A stretch of 64,000 nucleotides of DNA from Euglena gracilis (GCA_039621445.1 CP154954.1:39827816-39891815); one strand, 5' to 3'; shown: positions 49,979 to 61,939, numbered from the stretch's first letter. Notes: generated by a model from the letters alone, not told the origin. A program made the numbers and translations.

Positions 49979-50749
49979 CAGGGCTGGATAGAGGTAGAGG
50001 GATAGAGGTAGAGGTAGAGGTAGAGGTAGAGGTAGAGGTAGAGGTCACCTCTACCTCTACTATCCCTCTATGTCACCTCAAGGTCAAACTTTTGAGGAAA
50101 GTGGCTAATCAAGGCTCCCGGATCTGGCCTGGGGGGGGGGGGTTGTGGGCAGACCCCAGGGTCTGCCCACGGTCGCCAAAGGTCGCCAAAGGTCGCTATG
50201 GGTATTTCCTACTCAGTCTTTTTTGCATTGTAGCGGCGTAGGCAACTGTTCCAGGGCCCTAAAAAAAAAATCCCTTGTGTGTGCAACACCTTTTGTGTGT
50301 ATGTTGCGCTAATTTGCCGTGGAGCGCATTTTTTGACATCGACCTGCCCACGACCTTTGGCGACCATGGCGACCTTTGGCGACCCTAGGGTCTGCCCACA
50401 ACCCCCCCCCCCCCAGGCCAAATCTACCCCCGCTAATCAAAGAAAATTGATGCCGAACGAAGGCAATTTTATGGAAAAAGTCAGAAATTGGCCATTCTTG
50501 TTACAAATCTCTTATGACAATTTTTGAAACCACCCATCTGGATATTTTTCTCATTCCTAACCTAAATAAGATGCGTTGAGATGCTAATTGGCCAAATTTG
50601 ATGCATTTGGAGCCTTTTGTGGCCTTTATTGGTGCCAGTTTATGACATTTTATGGACATAGAGGTGACATAGAGGTAGAGGTAGAGGTAGAGGTGGGTCA
50701 GATAGAGGTAGAGGACTTTGACCTCTACCTCTACCTCTATCCAGCCCTG
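49979..50749. mobile_element. hAT/P-like MITE with (GAGGTA)n subterminal repeats
   Basis: TIR CAGGGCTGGATAGAGGTAGAGG. TSD GTTACAC (7 bp, or 8 bp if one G was lost). Confidence 0.85.
50113..50431. mobile_element. Nested MITE with a 9-bp TSD (Mutator-like pattern)
   Basis: TSD GCTAATCAA at 50104-50112 and 50432-50440. Inverted TGGCCTG(G)nTTGTGGGCAGACCC arms and GGTCGCCAAA repeats. The same terminus recurs inverted at 52271-52290. Confidence 0.8.
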
Positions 50750-51422
50750 GTTACACAGGCTGCTTTTCTTCTGGAGTGTTTATAAACTGCCAAACATTTT
50801 TGTAGGCGACATGTATGCAGCTCCAGCATACTTTGGCATCATTTCATTTGTCTGTGGCATGCCTTCAAAATGTTTTTTTTGACAAATATTTATTCCAACA
50901 AATCCTGTGATGGTTTTCTTCTGGACAGTGATCTGGATCTTTCTGTGCATCTTTCATGCTACATCTGGCACATTTCATTGTTCATCTTTTGGATGATGAA
51001 TGGGAGCCACAGGGATTTAGTTCATGATTGAGCAAATGATGCTCATTTGGTTCATTTTCACAGGACATTGAGATTAAGACAGAGTTGATTTCAATGGAAA
51101 GAAAGATTCAATTACCAAAGTTGGATTTGAATGGAGTGTTTTGAAGTCAATTGAAGGTGTGCCTTTTTTTCATTAATTGCATATTAATTGCAGATTGGTT
51201 TGCTTTTCTTAATTGGTTCGTGCGGCCTTGATTGTTGTCCATGTTCTTGTGTGTTAGTTTTAAGTTTTTGAAGCTTTTTTGATGAAATTTTCAAAAAAAT
51301 GAAATTTTCAACCTGAAAATTGAACGCGCACTTAAAATTTTTTGGGTTCCTCAACCGCAAAAACCCCCCCTTTTTGAAGCTTTTTTAATTTTCATAAAAT
51401 TACACGGACGAGAATGACACCG

Positions 51423-51494
51423 ACCCCTGTAGCATAGCGGTCGTGTGGTTAGCGTGTGAGCGGTAGGTCGCGGGTTCGAATCCCGCCGGGGGGC
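51423..51494 (+). tRNA. tRNA-like sequence (probable tRNA-Thr(TGT)-derived pseudogene or SINE head)
   Basis: Box A TAGCATAGCGG; intact T arm GCGGG-TTCGAAT-CCCGC; acceptor stem with 6/7 pairs; TGT in the anticodon position, but the anticodon stem pairs poorly; T5 run downstream. Confidence 0.6.
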
Positions 51495-51820
51495 GATTTC
51501 GTGTTTTTCCTGATTTGAGGCGAGGAGTAGAGGTTATTGCTTTTTGGAAGGGAGGAATTGTTTTTTTTTTGGTCCGGCCGGCTGACGGAATAGACATTGG
51601 TCCGGCTTGACGGACGGCCGGCGAAAAAATGCTTCGTCCGGACGGACGGCTGGGTATCCAGCATAGGTCCGGCTGAAGAGGTCCGGACGGCTCGGACGGA
51701 CGGACGGCCAGCCGCCCCCACAAGATATTGTTATTTTGGGGGGCAACCAGGGGGGGTTTCCCGTCGTGGGGTGGGGGTCGACCATGGTCGCCCCCCGACT
51801 AGGGGGGGGGTTTCCGCCGT

Positions 51821-52080
51821 GGGGGCGACGGCAGTACAGTTGGGGTTTTTTGGGGACCCCCCCCTGTACAGTTGTGATTTTTGGGACCCCCCCCAGTGCC
51901 GAACCGTCCGAGACAGATGAAAATTTTGACACCAAAAATGGCCTTTTTAGACCAAAAAAAGGCCTTAAAAATTTTTTCCGGCGCCTTCAGCGCCGGTTTT
52001 TGGCCAATTTTTGAGGGGGGGTTGGCAGTGCAGTTGGGAACCCAGGACCCTCCCCCCCCCCCTGTGTCGAGACAGTACAG
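51821..52080. mobile_element. MITE fragment of the same family as 46145-47224
   Basis: GGGGCGACGGCAGTACAGTTGG terminus, CTGTACAGTT, GAGACAGATGAAAA and a central CCGGCGCCTTCAGCGCCGG hairpin. Confidence 0.55.
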
Positions 52081-55000
52081 CAAAAAGTGCCAAAAATGCA
52101 AAAAAAAAAAACGGACCCCAGGGCCCCCCCTCCCCCCCTCCCATAGCTCCGTGGGGTGGGGGACCCCCCGGGTCGCCTCGGTCGCCCCCCCCACAACCCC
52201 CCCCCCCCCAACCGAGAGCGACCGAGGGCGACCGAGGCGACCGTGGGTCGACCATGGTCGACCCCCACTACCCCCCCCCCCCAGGCCATATCCGGGAGCC
52301 AGCCCCAGGAGTGGGCAAAGGTAGGTTGAGTGGCCCCGGAAAAGTGGCCGTTTTTCTGAGTGGCCGACCCCCCTGACTGACTGACTGGCTGGTTTTCCAA
52401 AGAATGAGTGACTGACTGGTTTTTAAAAAAGTGGAGTGACCCCCCCCTTCCCGCCCGGGGGTCGTCAAAAAATTGCATGGCCCCCCCATGGGAGATCAGG
52501 CGGTGAACTTTGGGTTCTTCGGGCGGGACCCCCCCCCATTGTCCCCAGTTTCTCCATTGAAATTCCTTTGGGGGCGAAGCCGCCCCCCCCCCCTGCCTAA
52601 CCTCCATGCCCCGATTAACAGCTGAAAATTGTCAAAGTTTTGCAAAAAATTCAGGGGTTTGGCAGGTGTAACCCCCCCGAATGGCAAAATTTTGACCAAC
52701 ATGGCCAGGTGGTGCATAATGGCCATGTGCGCACCTGACCTTCCTTTTATAACCCTAAAAATTCCGACTTAGAAAAACTTCACTGGCGGCCCCTTGCCGA
52801 ACAAGTACCGATCGGGGCATGGCGTGGATGGGGGGCTGCAGCAGCTGCTGGCTGTCGGTGATCAACCTCACAATGCAGTTGTGTCTGCTCCATTGGAACT
52901 GCTAGTCTTTTCCTCACATAATAAGGCTGTTCCATTGCACTTTGTGCGATAGTAATCCCACTAGGATAAGAACAGAAATAGCAGCGGGGTTGGCATTTGT
53001 GCCCTTATTGCAGGGGCAGTTGGTGTTGGCTCTCACCGGTTCATTTGGGCCGGGAGGGGTTGTAACCCCAAAGGTACCCCCCTTGGAGATCCCAGTGACA
53101 CCCTCTTTAATCCCTAGCATCCTTAGAAATGATGGCCCAGTTTCGGCGCAGGGGGGGGGCAGAATGGGAAAAAACTTCCGACGCAGGTTGGCTCAAGGAG
53201 CCAAGGGGGTTTTGGGGTCGTGGGGGGGGGGGGCGCGGGGGGGGGGGTCGCGGGGGGGAAATGTGGTTTCGCGGCAGGAGTCATTGCGTTTTGGACTCGT
53301 GTGACATCATCCTGTCTTCTAATTTTAGATCCCAATTAGGAATTTGCGTGCCATTTGGGTCCGAAAATAGGTCCAATTAGGAATTTGGGACCAAATTTTC
53401 GAATTTTTGATTCCTAATTGAGCGGCAAATTCCTAATTAATGCGAATTTTTAGTACTTTTTGGAAGCCCGAATTGGGCTCAGGGTGGGGTCGGGGGGGGT
53501 CGCGGGGGGGGGTCGCGGGGGGGGGGGGTTGCGGGGGAAACACCCCCCAAGAAATGATCGAACCACTGGAAACTGGCCTGGGGCAGGGGTTTCCGCATCA
53601 CGGCAGCAGGGCCGCATAATAGTTGGCAATCTGTTTTTGGGGGGGGGCTTTGTTTTTGTTGTTTTTTTTAAAATTCTAACAATGTTTTTTTTTAAGAAAA
53701 AAACAAAAAAAACGCCAACAAGGTTTTGCTCGGAAAATTTTTTGAATGCATATTTTCAATCATTTTTGGCAAGTTTTGGGGCACTTCTGCCAAAAATTTC
53801 CTTAAACAAAAAATGAAAAAAGTCCTAAAGTTGCATTTTTTTGCATTGTTTGGATGTTTTTGACCATTTTTTTTGGCAATTTTGAACTTAGTAGGATTCG
53901 CAGTATGGTTTGGGTGTTTCATGACGAGTTTTTTTCAATGAAATTTTCCTTTTGTTTTTTTAATGTTTTTTTTGGCGTTTTTTTCAAAAAAAACACGTTG
54001 TTTTGTTTTTTTTTAAAAAAAACAAAACAAAAAAAGCCAAGTATGCAGGGCCGATGCATGTTTTTCCTTTAGCCTTCTGTCGGAAATTTTGGGTTGGAAA
54101 TCCCTGCTCAGAATATTTTCTTTGATGATTTGCCCAATCTCAGATGGCAAATCTGACGATTGGAGTTTCAGGGAACAGGGAGTTGGGAACCGAAACCAGT
54201 TTGGCTGAACTCAAAACCCCCACAAATGGGGTCAGAGCAAAAGTGGAGCAGGCAGAGGAAAACCACGCCAGCTCTACTTCCACTCGACGACCCCGAACTC
54301 CAGTTTCATCACCAGGCAGTGATGAAGTTCAGCAAAAACGGCAACCGTTTCGCAACCATTCTAGATGTATCCCCCACAAAATTTACAGCTCGTAAAAAGG
54401 TGTCTGTGCCACTTGTCGGCGGGTTCGGTTCGCCCCACCACCGTTGTGACACAAATTGACCTTGGTGGGAAGCACAGCTTCACCCAGACCGTGCCCCGGG
54501 CCCAGGGAAGCGTCTCTTTTGGCCCTCGCCATAAGGAGAAACTACTCATGACTCCCTGTGCGCTCACAGGTCAGCGGTAGCTATACTGATGGTTTTACAA
54601 AGAGGTGTTCGGTGACTGGGTGAAATTTTTGACCTTCCTTTTTCACCGTTTGTTGCGCGATCATCGCAATTCCGAAATCGATGAAGTTCAACGCAACAAC
54701 AATTGTGCATTTGTTGTGCACACTGCTGGTGTGTTTTGTTTTGTGGTTGGTTGGGCCTCAACCATCATCAGCCTCAACCAATGCCAATTGTTTTTGCAAA
54801 AGCGACAAAAATTGCCAGGGAAAAACAATTCAAAAAGAAATGAAACAGCATCAATGTGCCTCTAATTCAGTTCGGGTTGAGACAAGTCACAACAAAAAGG
54901 AAAGTGAAGAGTGACATTTTTTGTGGAATTTTTTCCCGTGTTTTTTTTGGATTGTTTTGCTGGTTTGCTTTATTGGGTTTTTGTCAACTTTTAAAAATGC

Positions 55001-56224
55001 AAAAAAACAAAAGCTTCTTAGTGGTCTTATGCAGGCTCAGAAATGTTTTCTGCTTTAGTCCGCTCTAATTTTTCTTTGATGATTTGCCCAATCCAGATGC
55101 AGCTCTGACGAACGCAGGTGGTTGTCATAAAAAAAACTCAGTGGAGTGCAGTGCAGTGTTGGCCTCATTGCCCAACTCCTGTGTTGTGATTTGAAGGCAA
55201 CTCATCCAGCACTCCAACCCAGAACTGCGTCAATGCCAACCACTGGCTCCTCCATGCTGCTGCATTTTGCTGCTTGTCACGAGTCCCATGTGCACCTCAT
55301 CAATGAAGCAGGTGAAATGCTTGGGTGCCAAAAGATGCAAGTGCCAAACGTTGCAACTGTCAGCTGTCACTTGACAGCTCAAACAAAGACGGTTCTTCTT
55401 CACTGCTCGACCGCCACCCCCCCAAACAACAACACTTTGGTTCTTGAAGGAATGGGTTTGGGTCAGGGTCAGGGTCAGGGTGGAGGTGAGGGTCAGGTTC
55501 AGGGCAGCTGGCGGTTGAGTGGTGAACAAGTGCCACCAAGACTTTTTCCCAGAAACCTGCAGTTCATGACATCGATTGCTCAGACCAAGCATTCCACCGT
55601 CCGGACCCTGTGCAGTCATGTTTGAGCAATCAAACAGCTGACCCCTACCGATGCCTTTCAAATGGTGGTACTTGTTCGCCAAGGGACCTTCACCCAAAAT
55701 TTTACAAGTCGGTTCCCCTGAGGCCTGAATCGTGGTTGTCTGACACATCTCATGGTTTGGGGTGGGCAAGAGTGTTTGCTGCCAGCACCTTCACAACGGG
55801 GGGTAATTCCCTTGTGGAGGCAAAATGTCGGGGGCTTTGACTTTCTTCATCCCTGCCAGTCGTCTGCTTTGGGATGGCAGGGCAATCCGAAACCCTGCCC
55901 CCAAGGTACCCCTCCTCTTATTGCCCCACCCCCCCGGTGAGGGAGGTCCCCAAAAAACCCCAACTGGACTGCCGTCGCCCCATTGACCCCCCCCATTTGA
56001 CCGATCGCCCCGCCCCCCTAATTGACTGTCTGGGGGGATTCCGTGCTGAAGCGCCGCCTAATTGACAGCACCCCCCCCCCCTACTTGAACCCCCACCCAC
56101 TAATTGACCAAAAGGGTGGTACAAAAAAGCCAGCCATTTTTAGCCATTTTGGTCTGTTTCGAAGCCTTTTTCATTCTTTCCTTCTCTGTCACAGCTCCAG
56201 CACCGCCCTCCCGCCCCCGATCAC

Positions 56225-59200
56225 CTGGTGATCGCCGGCGCCCCTCCCCTTCCTCACCCACACAATCGCTCCTGACCAAAATGGCATCCTTGGTGAGAAA
56301 AGTCGGACAGAAACTCATTAAAAGGGGGGTTAAACCTCACAAATTGTGATGGGAAACGCAAACTGCAAAGACCTTCACAGGGAAAATATCCATGATGTGA
56401 GCAGGGCGATTTGGGCACACTTTTGGTGATAAACTTGGAGTATTTCCACACACTTGGAGCGATTCCGTGCTGGCATTTCCTCCCCGCCCCTCTCCCTGCC
56501 CTCCCCACGCCGGCGCACAGGGTTGCATGGGAAGTTGCGCAGACATGAGGAAGGTGGCAGGGGAGGGTCACCCCCCCCCTGGGGGGGTGAGGTGGCAGAG
56601 TCCCCCAGTGTCAGAAGGGGGGTCCTCCCACACCCACCTCCTCTGCGGGGGCAAAAAAAAATCTTCCGGCGCTCTCTTGAGAGTCAGCATAATTTTTGGC
56701 AAATGGCACAAATGGCTGTAGCTCGGGACAGGCAGGGAGTTGCGGGGGAATCGATTTGGTTTTCCTGACATTTCCTCTGATTCCCTGCCATTTCTCAGAA
56801 TTTCCCAGAGAAATTGATTTCTCTGGTACTGGGAAAAGTGGCCAAAATTTTCGGCAACCGAAAACTGGGAGGCGGAGGCCAGGTCCTCCCACCCCCCCCT
56901 CCAGTTTTGGAAGGGCGCTCCCCCCCACTCCTCCGAGATTCCCATACGACTGTGCCGCCGAATCACCTCGTGATCGCCGGCCCCGCCGCCCTCCCCCTTC
57001 GCCTCGCCCTCCCCACGCCGGCGCACAGGGTTGCATGGGAAGTTCCGCATACAGAGGTTGGTGGTAGCACACCCCCCCCCCCCACCAAGGGGGGCAAGGT
57101 GGCGGAAAGGGGGGAGGCAAACAAAAATCTTCCGGCGCTCACGACGGGTGTGCATTTTGGGACCCTCTTGAGGGTCAGCATGAAATTTTGGCAAATGGCC
57201 GAAAAATGGCCGTAGCTCGGGACAGGCAGGGAGTTGCGGGGAAATCAAAATACTGTTGGATTGACATTTCCTGACATTTCCTCTGATTCCCTGCCATTTC
57301 TCAGAATTTCCCAGAGAAATTGATCTTTTTTAACCTGAAAAACGGCCAAAGATTTCGGTGACCGAAAACTGGGCAGGGTCCTCCCCCCCCCAGTTTTGGA
57401 AAGGTGCTCCCCCCCCCCACTCCCTCGTCCGAGGTTCCCATACGGCCCTGCTGCCGCATCACGTGGTGGTCGCCGGCCCCGCTGCCCTCCCCCTTCGACG
57501 CTCCCTCCCCCTTCGACGCTCCCTCCCCACGCCGGCACACAGGGTTGCATGGGAAGTTCCGCAGACAGAGGACCCCCCCCTGGAGGCAAGGTGGCGGAAA
57601 GGCGGGGGGGGCAAAAAAAATCTTCCGGCGCTTCATGCCGGGGGTGCATTTTGGGACCCTCTTGAGGGTCAGCATGAAATTTTTGGCAAATGGCCACAAA
57701 TGGCCGTAGCTCGGGACAGGTGGGGAGTTGCGGGGAAATCAAAATACTGTTAGATTGGGCATTTTCAGGGCTTCAATTTGGTTCTCCTGACATTTCCTCT
57801 GATTCCCTGCCATTTTTGAGAGACACCAAAAAAAACTGATTTTTTATTTAACCCGGACGATGGCCAAAATTTTCGGCGAACGAAAACTGGGTCCTCCAAC
57901 ACCCCCCCCAGTTTTGGAAGGGCGCTCCCCCCCACTCCTCCGAGATTCCCATACGACCGTGCCGCCGAATCACCTGGTGATCGCCGGCCCCCTTCGCCTC
58001 GCCCTCCCCCTTCGCCTCGCCCTCCCCCTTCGACGCTCCCTCCCCACGCCGGCGCACAGGGTTGCATGGGAAGTTCCGCATACAGAGGTTGGTGGTAGCA
58101 CACCCCCCCCCACCAAGGGGGGCAAGGTGGCGGAAAGGGGGGGGGCAAACAAAAATCTTCCGGCGCTTCACGCCGGGTGTGCATTTTGGGACCCTCTTGA
58201 GGGTCAGCATGAATTTTTGGAAAATGGCCGAAAAATGGCCGTAGCTCGGGACAGGCAGGGAGTTGCGGGGAAATCAAAATACTGTTGGATTGACATTTCC
58301 TGACATTTCCTCTGATTCCCTGCCATTTCTGAGAGAAATTCCCAGAGCAACTGATTTTTTTTAACCTGAAAAACGGACAAAGATTTCGGCGACCGAAAAC
58401 TGGGCAGGGTCCCCCCCCCAGTTTTGGAAAGGTGCTCCCCCCCACTCCCTCGTCCGAGATTCCCATACGGCCCTGCCACCGCATCACGTGGTGGTCGCCG
58501 GCCCCGCTGCCCTCCCCCTTCGACGCTCCCTCCCCCTTCGACGCTCCCTCCCCATGCCGGCACACAGGGTTGCATGGGAAGTTCCGTCCAAGTTGGATTG
58601 GGCATTTTCAGGGCTTCAATTTGGTTCTCCTGACATTTCCTCTGATTCCCTGCCATTTTTGAGAAACACCAAAAAAAAACTGATTTTTTATTTAACCCGG
58701 ACGATGGCCAGAATTTTCGGCGAACGAAAACTGGGTCCTCCAACCCCCCCCCCCAGTTTTGGAAGGGCGCTCCCCCCCACTCCCTCCTCCGAGATTCCCA
58801 TACGACCGTGCCGCCGAATCACCTGGTGATCGCCGGCCCCGTCGCCCTCCCCCTTCGCCTCGCCCTCCCCTTTCGCCTCGCCCTCCCCCTTCGACGCTCC
58901 CTCCCCACGCCGGCGCACAGGGTTGCATGGGAAGTTCCGCATACAGAGGTTGGTGGTAGCACCCCCCCCCACCAAGGAGGCAAGGTGGCGGAAAGGGGGG
59001 GGCAAACAAAAATCTTCCGGCGCTTCACGCCGGGTGTGCATTTTGGGACCCTCTTGAGGGTCAGCATAGAATTTTTGGCAAATGGCCGAAAAATGGCCGT
59101 AGCTCGGGACAGGTGGGGAGTTGCGGGGAAATCAAAATACTGTTGGATTGACATTTCCTGACATTTCCTCTGATTCCCTGCCATTTCTCAGAATTTCCCA

Positions 59201-60845
59201 GAGAAATTGATTTTTTTTAACCTGAAAAACGGCCAAAGATTTCGGCGACCGAAAACTGGGCAGGGTCCCCCCCCCCCAGTTTTGGAAAGGTGCTCCCCCC
59301 CACTCCCTCGTCCGAGATTCCCATACGGCCCTGCCGCCGCATCACCTGGTGATCGCCGGCCCCGCCACCCTCCCCCTTCGACGCTCCCTCCCCCTTCGAC
59401 GCTCCCTCCCCATGCCGGCACACAGGGTTGCATGGGAAGTTCCGCAGACAGAGGACCCCCCCCTGGAGGCAAGGTGGCGGAAAGGGGGGGGGCAAAAAAA
59501 ATCTTCCGGCGCTTCACGCCGGGTGTGCATTTTGGGACCCTCTTGAGGGTCAGCATGAAATTTTTGGCAAATGGCCACAAATGGCCGTAGCTCGGGACAG
59601 GTGGGGAGTTGCGGGGAAATCAAAATACTGTTGGATTGGGCATTTTCAGGGCTTCAATTTGGTTCTCCTGACATTTCCTCTGATTCCCTGCCATTTTTGA
59701 GAGACACCAAAAAAAACTGATTTTTTATTTAACCTGAACAATGGCCAAAATTTTCGGCGAACGAAAACTGGGTCCTCCCACACCCCCCCCCCAGGGTTCG
59801 ATATAAGGAGGGCGTACATGGTTTAGGTGGGGGGGGTGTCCCCCCCCACCCCCCCCCCTCCTGGCCCGCAGGGGGGGGTCCGGACCACCCCCCCCCCCAC
59901 CTGCAAGGGGGGTCCGGACCGACCCCGGGGGGCAAAAATTGACCCCCCCCAAAAGGGTCAATTTTTTCCTCCGGCGCTTCGCGCCGAAAATTTTTTGCAT
60001 TTTTGGCACATTTTTGCCCAAAAAGTGCCCAAAATGGCACTTTTGGTCGTTTTGGGGGTCAAAAATTTTCGGCCACCCTGACCGCGCACCTGTTTAGGGG
60101 GGGGGGTTGTCCCCCCCACCCCCCCCCCTCCTGGCCCGCAGGGGGGGGACCGGACCCCCCCCACCTGTCCTTATATCGAACACTCCCCCCCCCCAGTTTT
60201 GGAAGGGCGCTCCCCCCCTCCCTCCTCCGAGATTCCCATACGACCGTGCCGCCGAATCACCTGGTGATCGCCGGCCCCCTTCGCCTCGCCCTCCCCCTTC
60301 GCCTCGCCCTCCCCCTTCGACGCTCCCTCCCCACGCCGGCGCACAGGGTTGCATGGGAAGTTCCGCATACAGAGGTTGGTGGTAGCACACCCCCCCCCAC
60401 CAAGGGGGGCAAGGTGGCGGAAGGGGGGGGGCAAACAAAAATCTTCCGGCGCTTCACGCCGGGTGTGCATTATTTTGGGACCCTCTTGAGGGTCAGCATG
60501 AATTTTTGGCAAATGGCCGAAAAATGGCCGTAGCTCGGGACAGGCAGGGAGTTGCGGGGAAATCAAAATACTGTTGGATTGACATTTCCTGACATTTCCT
60601 CTGATTCCCTGCCATTTCTGAGAGAAATTCCCAGAGCAACTGATTTTTTTTTAACCTGAAAAACGGACAAAGATTTCGGCGACCGAAAACTGGGCAGGGT
60701 CCCCCCCCCCCCGGTTTTGGAAAGGTTGTCCCCCCCACTCCCTCGTCCGAGATTCCCATACGGCCCTGCCACCGCATCACGTGGTGGTCGCCGGCCCCGC
60801 TGCCCTCCCCCTTCGACGCTCCCTCCCCACGCCGGCGCACAGGGT
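56225..60845. repeat. ~510-bp tandem repeat with alternating A/B monomers (~1.03-kb dimer)
   Basis: The anchor CCCCACGCCGGC(G/A)CACAGGGT recurs at about 56503, 57011, 57525, 58042, 58550, 58903, 59408, 60329 and 60824. One unit has a ~160-bp deletion and one has a MITE insertion. Confidence 0.93.
59792..60185. mobile_element. hAT-like MITE (394 bp) inserted in a C-run of the 510-bp repeat
   Basis: TIR CAGGGTTCGATATAAGGA / TCCTTATATCGAACACTC. Internal ~70-bp direct repeats. The host repeat resumes in register. Confidence 0.85.
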
Positions 60846-60884
60846 CACCCTGGCCCTGCCGGCCTGCCAGCCCAAACTGCTGGC

Positions 60885-61090
60885 CATACCATTGCTTAAC
60901 ACCTGGACTACCCTACCTCCGAAGGGGGGGGGGGTGACTGACGCCGCTGGGGGGGGGTGACGAAAAGTGGCTGGCCTGGCGCCAAAGGCGCCGGATTTTT
61001 TTGATTTCTCCTATTCAGGGGTACAGTGACTGACTGGTTTTTTCAGAATGGAACGTGACCCCCCCCAGGGGGTCGCTAAGCAATGGTGTG
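60885..61090. mobile_element. 206-bp MITE with an 8-bp TSD (hAT/P-like)
   Basis: TIR CA(T/C)ACCATTGCTTA; TSD CTGCTGGC at 60877-60884 and 61091-61098. Confidence 0.88.
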
Positions 61091-61442
61091 CTGCTGGCCC
61101 CAGCACCCATGCCGGCCTGCCGGCCCATCCTGCTGGCTCTCCCAGCACCCAGTCTGCCGGCCCTCCCACCCCTGCGGCCTGTTCAGGGTTTGTTCCCCTG
61201 GTGCACCTGACGTGTTTTTCTTCAAAAATCATCATTTCGCCAAAATGGCCAAAATCTGTCCAACCTGGTGCCAGGTTTTTTTTGAAGGTTTGCCGAAGAC
61301 GTATCCATTTTTGGGCATTTCTCGACCAACCAGAACTCCCAGGGCTGTGTGGGCACCCTAAAGCCAATGGGTAACAAATGACAGTTGAACCTTCCATATA
61401 ATTTGCAAATGAATGTTTTTTTTGGGCACTCACGTGCAATCA

Positions 61443-61778
61443 ATGTCATGTGCAACGTCCCCATTTTTCACAACAACCAACCCTCGCCCCACCCCACCGC
61501 CGCCGCCACCAAACAACCAACTCTTCCTCTACAACTACACTCCATTAAACTACTGCTACAACTACACTCCACCGCCCTCCGCAGCAGCCCCCAGCAGCAT
61601 CAGCGTCACCGCCACCCCAACATTCCGCCCCAAACCTCCGACGCCCCCGGCCTCAACATCAACGCCCACCCCCACGACCACCACCAACACCCCCACAACC
61701 ACCACAACTGCTAAGGCAACCGTCACCACCTGGGCTGTGGCCATCGTCGCCGTCATCCTCCTCTTCCTCGCCTTCCAG
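61443..61778 (+). CDS. Possible exon: Thr/Pro-rich mucin-like stalk followed by a transmembrane helix
   Basis: ...PTPTTTTNTPTTTTTAKATVTT-WAVAIVAVILLFLAFQ ends at CAG|GTTTGT, a donor-like site. Low complexity makes a chance ORF possible. Confidence 0.3.
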
Positions 61779-61939
61779 GTTTGTCTTGTTTGCATTCCTC
61801 GCATTGTGGTCAGTCTGTGCACCCCTCCAAAAGCCCCATTCAAAACCCCCATCATCAGTACCACGGCTAGTAAACAACCACAGTGAAAAAATTTTGGCAA
61901 TTTTTGTTTGGTATGAAACGAGGTACGATTTTTTGGGGA

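Noticed and set aside
53125-54060. Additional MITE-like segments with AATTAGGAATTT motifs and A/T tracts
   Set aside because: Probably repeats, but termini and TSDs could not be fixed with confidence.
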